Source: an uncultured Gemmatimonadales bacterium
GTDB lineage: Bacteria > Gemmatimonadota > Gemmatimonadetes > Longimicrobiales > Longimicrobiaceae
Assembly: GCA_963716255.1 (NCBI GenBank)
Contig: OY970303.1
Coordinates: 1,696,001-1,760,000 of the forward strand
DNA: 64,000 bases
Direction: 5' to 3'
Part shown: piece by piece, positions 58,863 to 64,000 of the stretch
Position numbering within the stretch: position 1 is the first letter of the stretch
Layout of the letters: each line of letters begins with the position of its first letter
Position numbers and translations under genes: made by a program
The notes under the pieces: model-generated
Told to the model about the DNA's origin: nothing
The model's database searches: none
The model's input: the letters and a program-made list of their open reading frames with translations, nothing else

Positions 58863-60386
58863 TCAGGGCAGCCGCGCCGTCGTGGGCGGCCCCTCGTTCC
58901 CCACCCGGTCCACCGCCGTCACCCACACTTCGGTGGGCGCCGCGCCGGTGCTGTCCGCGGCGACCGTGTGCGCCCGCGCCCAGCCGGGCAGCACCTCCGT
59001 CCGCCAGGCGCCGGCGGCGCGCGAGCGCACGGTCCACCAGGTGGGCGCGGCGCCGCCGCCCGGCTCCAGCGCCAGCTCCACCCCGCCGGCCGCGGAACGG
59101 GCCCCCACGGCGGGCCGGCCGGGCGCGCCGCCGTACAGCCAGGGCGAGGCGGGGACCAGCGCGGGCTCGGCGTACGCCTCGCGAGCCAGGCGGGTGGACA
59201 GGGAGTCGGGGTCGCGCATGAGGGCCTTCATGCTGAAGTGCACGTTCCCCGTGGCGCCGGGGATGCCGCGGGTCACGTACACCTGCCCCACGATCTCCGC
59301 GGCCGGCCAGCGCGCCTCGGTGGGGAGCACCTGGCTGGCGAAGTTCCCCGGCCACAGGTTGCGTCCCTTCACGTTCTGCTCGGTCCACCAGCGCAGCAGC
59401 ACCGGGTAGCTCAGCACGGTCCGCGCGGTGGGCCAGTAGAGCTGCGGGGTGAAGTAGTCGAGCCACCCGTTCACCAGCCACTTCCGCGAGTCGGCGTAGA
59501 GCTGCTCGTAGGGATCGAACGTGGTCCGGACCTGGGCGGGATGTCCCGGGCGCCAGATCCCGAACGGGCTGATCCCGAACTTGACCCAGGGCTTCGCCCG
59601 CTTGACCTCGCCGTACAGGCGCTCCACGAAGCGGTCCACGTTGTCGCGCCGCCAGTCGTCGCGGGCCAGCGTGCCGCCGGAGGCCCGGTAGCGGTCCCAG
59701 CTGGGCTGGTCGGGGAAGTCGATCTCGTTGCGCAGCGAGTCGGTCTCGCGGTACGGGTAGAAGTAGTCGTCGATGTGCACCCCGTCCACGTCGTAGCGCC
59801 GCACCACGTCCATCACCACCCGCACCGAGTGGTCCTGCACCGCGGGCTCCCCGGGGTCCATCCACAGGTGCGTGCCGTACGCGCGCACGATGTCCGGCCG
59901 GGTGCGGGCCAGGTGCGTGGCGGCGAGCGGCGACTTCGCGGTGGGGTGGCGGGCGCGGTACGGGTTGAACCAGGCGTGCAGCTCCAGCCCGCGCCGGTGC
60001 GCCTCCGCCACGGCGAGCTCCAGCGGGTCGTACGCCGGCTCCGGCGCCCGCCCCTGCTCGCCGGTGAGGTACTCCGACCACGGCTCCAGCTCCGAGCGGT
60101 AGAGCGCGTCCCCCGCCGGCCGCACCTGGAGGATCACGGCGTTGAGGTTGAGCGCCTTCGCCCGGTCCAGGATGGCCAGCAGCTCCGCCTGCTGCTGCGC
60201 CGCCGGCAGCCCCGGCCGCGACGGCCAGTCGATGTTCGCGACGCTCGCCACCCACACCCCCCGGAACTCCCGCCGCACGGGCGGAGGCGCATCGGCGGAG
60301 GGACCGGCGGCCACCGGCGCGGGGTTGCCGGAGCACGCGGCCAGCACGAACGCCGCGGCAGCGAGTGCCGTTCTGCGAATCTTCAA
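58863..60386 (-). CDS. Glycoside hydrolase-like family 10 (DigH/YddW-like) lipoprotein
   Basis: EFRGVWVASVANIDWP, HAWFNPYR, DGVHIDDYFYPY, GISPFGIW and PQLYW motifs. TTG start follows GGAGA. Confidence 0.87.
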   Translation of the reverse strand: MKIRRTALAAAAFVLAACSGNPAPVAAGPSADAPPPVRREFRGVWVASVANIDWPSRPGLPAAQQQAELLAILDRAKALNLNAVILQVRPAGDALYRSELEPWSEYLTGEQGRAPEPAYDPLELAVAEAHRRGLELHAWFNPYRARHPTAKSPLAATHLARTRPDIVRAYGTHLWMDPGEPAVQDHSVRVVMDVVRRYDVDGVHIDDYFYPYRETDSLRNEIDFPDQPSWDRYRASGGTLARDDWRRDNVDRFVERLYGEVKRAKPWVKFGISPFGIWRPGHPAQVRTTFDPYEQLYADSRKWLVNGWLDYFTPQLYWPTARTVLSYPVLLRWWTEQNVKGRNLWPGNFASQVLPTEARWPAAEIVGQVYVTRGIPGATGNVHFSMKALMRDPDSLSTRLAREAYAEPALVPASPWLYGGAPGRPAVGARSAAGGVELALEPGGGAAPTWWTVRSRAAGAWRTEVLPGWARAHTVAADSTGAAPTEVWVTAVDRVGNEGPPTTARLP

Positions 60387-60507
60387 GAGCGCATCTCCCC
60401 TGCGGAAACGAAAAGACGAACGGCCCCCGCGCACCGGCGGCCGGACCACGGGCCGCTCCCCGCGTGAGGGATTACGGCCCGAAGGGGCGAGACCCGGCGG
60501 CAGTTTG

Positions 60508-62071
60508 CTTGTCATACCCCAAATTTATCTAGGGAGGCTGCGAGGTCAGCGCCCTGCACCATGAGTTGCAGGGCCTGCATGCCTCTCCAGAGCGTGATCC
60601 AGCCGGGCATGTGGTCGACGCGCGTGCCCTGGTGCGAGCCCATGTGTCCGCCCAGACGTCCGAGCGCGAGCGCCACATCGCGTACAGTCTTTAACTCGCG
60701 GCGTAGTCGCAACGCCAGGAGCATGCGTTCTCGCTCGGTGAGCCCAGAGTCCTCCGCGGGAGCGAACGGATCGATCCGTACCGCCTCCTTCAGGGTGAGA
60801 ATGCGCGTCGCGACCACGCTCAGCAACGCGATGGCTGCGTAGAGCCGCTCGCTCGTCTCCAACTGCAAGTGCTCCGCTCCCAGCCCGCTCTTGAGCACCT
60901 TGTGATACTCCTCCACCAGCCAGCGCGCCGAGTACTGGCGGGCACACGCGGCGGCTTCGGCGGCCGAATGCACGGGCTGATCGCAGAGGAGAATCCACTC
61001 CAGGGGCTCCTTTACACTCGCAGGCGGATCCGCCTCCCAGACGCGCACCGCCGTGCAGCGCACGCCCGGCAAGCCGCCTGGACTCTTCCCCGGTCGTTGG
61101 GGCGAGCGCAGCGTCACCTGGCAGAACGCCACGCTCAGGACCGCTTCACGGGCGGGGTGCTGCGGACGCTCCCGCAGAGAGAGGGTGAATCCTCCCGCGG
61201 CAGGCTGGGCTCTCAGCTGCGTGAATAGCCTTGCTCCGCTTCCCGAACCAGTCTGCCACTGCGCCCACTCCAGGGCGCGATCCTGCGTGGCGCGCACCAG
61301 GAAGCCGTGCCCTGACTCCTGGCACAGCGTCAGGAACTCGTAGATGTCTGCCTCCCGGTCGCACACGCGAATCCAACGTGCGCCTGCCGGAGCCTCGCCC
61401 AGCCGCAGTGTGCTGTAGCTCCAGATCTCCGACTCCCGCTGTCGTGCTTTGGCAACCTTGGAATCCCGCTCTGCCGTGCGCTGTCTCTCCTGAGGACGGA
61501 CGTAGTACTGCTGGTCTGCAAGCCCGAGCACCAGCAGCGCAGGGCGCGATTTGCCCTCGGCCACAGCTCGCTCTGGCACCCACTCGATCGCCAGCACGGA
61601 GTGAACGAAGAAGCCTTGCAGCCCCTTCTTCCCCGACCCCAGGGGGCCCATGTCCGCACGCGGCGTCTTCCCACTCCAGCTGAACGCAGACGTATCCTCC
61701 GCCAGCAGGATCGTACGGCCCGGGGGCCCCAAGGTCATCGTCTCGCGCAGTCGGCTCCGGTGCCCCTCCTGCAGCGTATCCGGGGTGACCTGCGCATGGT
61801 CGAACAGCGCATAGGCCGCCTTGACGTCGTAGCGGCGGTCGAACAGAGCCGGAAGGCTGCTGCCCGGCGAATCCAGAAGGCGGCTTGCGATGAAAGTCGC
61901 TCGGTCCACCCGACGCACATCGCCCAGCGCAGCTCCTTCGAATTGCTCTTGGGCCCAACTCCTATTCTCTGCGCTCATCGTACACCTCCTGCCAGGGAGC
62001 TTCCCAAGCTACGGGCTGCCCTGCCAAGCGCAACGGTTTCAACCACCTGTAGAGATTTGGGGTATGACTAG
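60508..62071 (-). mobile_element. IS4-family (IS50/Tn5-like) insertion sequence
   Basis: IRs CTTGTCATACCCCAAAT / CTAGTCATACCCCAAAT (reverse complement). 10-bp target duplication CGGCAGTTTG / CGGCTGTTTG with one mismatch. Confidence 0.9.
60512..61978 (-). CDS. IS4-family transposase
   Basis: WAQEQFEGAALGDVRR, EDTS, VCDREADIYE, YSARWLVEEYHKVLK (Y-R-E-K motif) and PGWITLWRG. The stop lies inside the IR. Confidence 0.93.
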   Translation of the reverse strand: MSAENRSWAQEQFEGAALGDVRRVDRATFIASRLLDSPGSSLPALFDRRYDVKAAYALFDHAQVTPDTLQEGHRSRLRETMTLGPPGRTILLAEDTSAFSWSGKTPRADMGPLGSGKKGLQGFFVHSVLAIEWVPERAVAEGKSRPALLVLGLADQQYYVRPQERQRTAERDSKVAKARQRESEIWSYSTLRLGEAPAGARWIRVCDREADIYEFLTLCQESGHGFLVRATQDRALEWAQWQTGSGSGARLFTQLRAQPAAGGFTLSLRERPQHPAREAVLSVAFCQVTLRSPQRPGKSPGGLPGVRCTAVRVWEADPPASVKEPLEWILLCDQPVHSAAEAAACARQYSARWLVEEYHKVLKSGLGAEHLQLETSERLYAAIALLSVVATRILTLKEAVRIDPFAPAEDSGLTERERMLLALRLRRELKTVRDVALALGRLGGHMGSHQGTRVDHMPGWITLWRGMQALQLMVQGADLAASLDKFGV

Positions 62072-62201
62072 CGGCTGTTTGCCGGGGCTCGACTCCGTTA
62101 CGCACGGTTGTTTCGTGCGTTACGGAGCCGAAGCCCGACCCCGGCGCCAGCCGGGGTCACGCCCAAACGAGCGGTTCCCGATCCAAACCGCAACCCACCA
62201 C

Positions 62202-62235
62202 GAAAAAGCCCGGCGATCTCTCGCCGGGCCTTTTC
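62202..62235 (-). terminator. Intrinsic, possibly bidirectional, terminator
   Basis: GAAAAAGCCCGGCGA-TCTC-TCGCCGGGCCTTTTC. Confidence 0.75.
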
Positions 62236-62259
62236 ACGACACTCAGGAAGACGAACCCC

Positions 62260-63603
62260 TCACCGGTACGCGGGATTGGCGTTCATCTCGCCCCGGTTCA
62301 CCGGCAGGCACTCCACGTTGGCGTACTCCACGGTGGCGCTGCCCAGGTACGACCCCCGCTGGAACTCGTTGAAGTCCTCGATGTCGCCGTACTGCGTCTT
62401 GTACCGGCGCAGGTCGCCCAGCCGGTGCCCGTCCAGGTACAGGTCGCGGCGGCGCCCGTCGCGCACCGCGGCCCGGAAGTCCGCCGCGCTGACGGTGGCG
62501 GGGAGCGCCGCCTGGCTGCCGACGGCCCGCCGCGCGTTGACGAAGGCGAGCGTGGTGGCGTTGGGCCCCTCGGCCTCGGCGCGGATGTACTGCGCCTCCA
62601 GCCCCGAGGCGATGCGGATGGCGGCGCTCCGGGTGAACTCGCCGCCCGGCAGCGTCCCCGTGTAGGTGCTGAACGCGCCGGGCGAGTTGGGCACGAAGGC
62701 CCGGCCCCCGCCCTGCACCGTTTCCGTGACGTCGGGGAGCGGCACCCGCGGGTCCCGGAGCGTCTCGAACGGCGTCCCCGTGACGGAGGCCGCGATGGGC
62801 GCCGTCATGCGGGCGAAGAACACCTGGTTCTCCTCGGCGCTGTTCTCCGAGTAGAAGGAGCGGAAGACGAAGTCGGCGGGGACCTGGGCGGCGAACTGCG
62901 CCGCCAGCGGGCGGTCGCCCAGGTCGAGCGCGGCGCGCGCGATCCCCACCCGCGCGAGGTTGATGATGGAGTCCGCGCCCGCCACGCCGCGCGCGTTCGC
63001 GGGGACCGCGGCGGCGGCGGCGGCCCGCGCCGCGGTGGCCACGGTGATGGCCTCGTTGAAGCGCGGGATGGCGAAGTCGCGGAAGATCTCCGCCGGGGTG
63101 TGCGGCGGGCTCAGGTTCACGGGGATCCCGCAGTAGTGCTCGCCCAGCAGGTTGTACGTGGTCCCGGCGTACGCCAGCACGCGGGCCATGCGCAGGTCGG
63201 AGCTGGCGGAGTCGCCGCGCAGCGCCTTGAAGCGGCCCACGGTGCTGTCGGCCAGGAAGCGCGCCCGCTGGATCGTCGTGTAGGCGATGGCCGCGGTCCC
63301 GTTGTCCGGGTCCACGAAGCGCTGGTCGATCAGCTGCTCCTCGACGATGGTGGTGTGGTTGCGCAGCTCGTCGGTGAAGACGGCGGCGTAGTAGATCAGG
63401 TCGTCGTAGGCCCGCTGGAAGTCGCCCACCACGCCGTTGGTGAGCAGCCCCAGGTAGAAGGGGTCGTCCAGGTTCTCCACGTCGATCGCCTGGGGGTTCT
63501 CCACGTCCAGCAGGCCGCCGCAGCCGGCGAGCGCGCCGGAGGCCGCGATCGCGACCCCCAGGGCGGCGGTGCGGCGCAGCAGGGCGGAATGAAAGCGTCT
63601 CAT
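62260..63603 (-). CDS. RagB/SusD-like outer-membrane lipoprotein
   Basis: Lipobox LAGC, LLDVENP, EAQYIRAEA, VNARRA and RRDLYLDGHRLGDLRR motifs. Lies downstream of a SusC-like gene. Confidence 0.8.
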   Translation of the reverse strand: MRRFHSALLRRTAALGVAIAASGALAGCGGLLDVENPQAIDVENLDDPFYLGLLTNGVVGDFQRAYDDLIYYAAVFTDELRNHTTIVEEQLIDQRFVDPDNGTAAIAYTTIQRARFLADSTVGRFKALRGDSASSDLRMARVLAYAGTTYNLLGEHYCGIPVNLSPPHTPAEIFRDFAIPRFNEAITVATAARAAAAAAVPANARGVAGADSIINLARVGIARAALDLGDRPLAAQFAAQVPADFVFRSFYSENSAEENQVFFARMTAPIAASVTGTPFETLRDPRVPLPDVTETVQGGGRAFVPNSPGAFSTYTGTLPGGEFTRSAAIRIASGLEAQYIRAEAEGPNATTLAFVNARRAVGSQAALPATVSAADFRAAVRDGRRRDLYLDGHRLGDLRRYKTQYGDIEDFNEFQRGSYLGSATVEYANVECLPVNRGEMNANPAYR

Positions 63604-63619
63604 GGGTGTGCGCCCCGCG

Positions 63620-64000
63620 TCAGAAGTTCACGTTGATGGCGGCGGACAGGCGCCGGTTCTGCGGCATCGCGTACGCGTCCACCCGCACGAAGGACCGGTT
63701 GCCGTAGGTGTTCACCTCGGGGTCGATCCCGGAGTACTTCGTCCACAGCGTCGCCAGGTTGTGGCCGGCGAGGGTCAGCGTGGCCTCCGAGACGCGGGAG
63801 AACGCCAGGTACCGCGACGGGATGGTGAACGACACCGACACGTCGCGCAGCTTGAGGAAGTCCCCGTCCTCGATGTACGGCGCGAACAGGTTGACCGGGG
63901 CCCCGGCCGGGTTCACCGCCGCGCCGCGGTAGATGGACACCTCGCCGGCGAAGGCGGAGTCCGCGGCGCTCGCCGGCGCCAGCACCCGCACGTCGTTCAC
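63620..64000 (-). CDS. SusC/RagA TonB-dependent receptor, C-terminal fragment
   Basis: YIEDGDFLKLRDVSVS, GHNL, WTKYSGIDPE and terminal F. Confidence 0.85.
   Translation of the reverse strand: MNDVRVLAPASAADSAFAGEVSIYRGAAVNPAGAPVNLFAPYIEDGDFLKLRDVSVSFTIPSRYLAFSRVSEATLTLAGHNLATLWTKYSGIDPEVNTYGNRSFVRVDAYAMPQNRRLSAAINVNF

Larger units (their letters stand above)
60462..62164. repeat. Module A (reverse) split by the IS4-family element (60462-60507 plus 62072-62164)
   Basis: The flanks rejoin into a full copy. Confidence 0.85.

Noticed and set aside
8851..62164. Module A as tRNA, hammerhead ribozyme or integron attC site
   Set aside because: No TTC T-loop or CCA cloverleaf, no CUGANGA core, no RYYYAAC/GTTRRRY boundaries or integrase, and the flanking genes are housekeeping.

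Overview
GC-rich bacterial chromosomal window. Composition, SusC/SusD-like genes and the many lipoproteins suggest Gemmatimonadota (Longimicrobiaceae-like); this is inference only. From left to right it holds: a secreted multi-PPC-repeat protein (missing from the ORF track), Leloir galactose genes (galTEK/galM), pepE and an aldo/keto reductase; a purA-hisC-hisB-hisH-dapF-hisF run; and a gas-vesicle-like gvp operon that embeds a cysteine-free tandem ArsA/Get3 ATPase and runs directly into a PAS histidine kinase. Then come pilT, dapA/dapB, trpS, an AraC/astacin pair, a lower-GC SIR2-TPR gene with eight near-identical 105-bp repeats, RecQ, a peptidoglycan/amino-sugar recycling region (namZ, serine hydrolase, nagB, sugar kinase, D-aminoacylase, GHL10) and the end of a SusC/SusD pair. 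Many intergenic gaps carry a modular family of palindromic repeats. One ~135-bp module occurs 16 times with striking compensatory base changes. All three mobile insertions (IS5-family, IS4-family, and a 296-bp MITE-like element) sit inside these repeats. All product calls come from motif recognition, not database searches.
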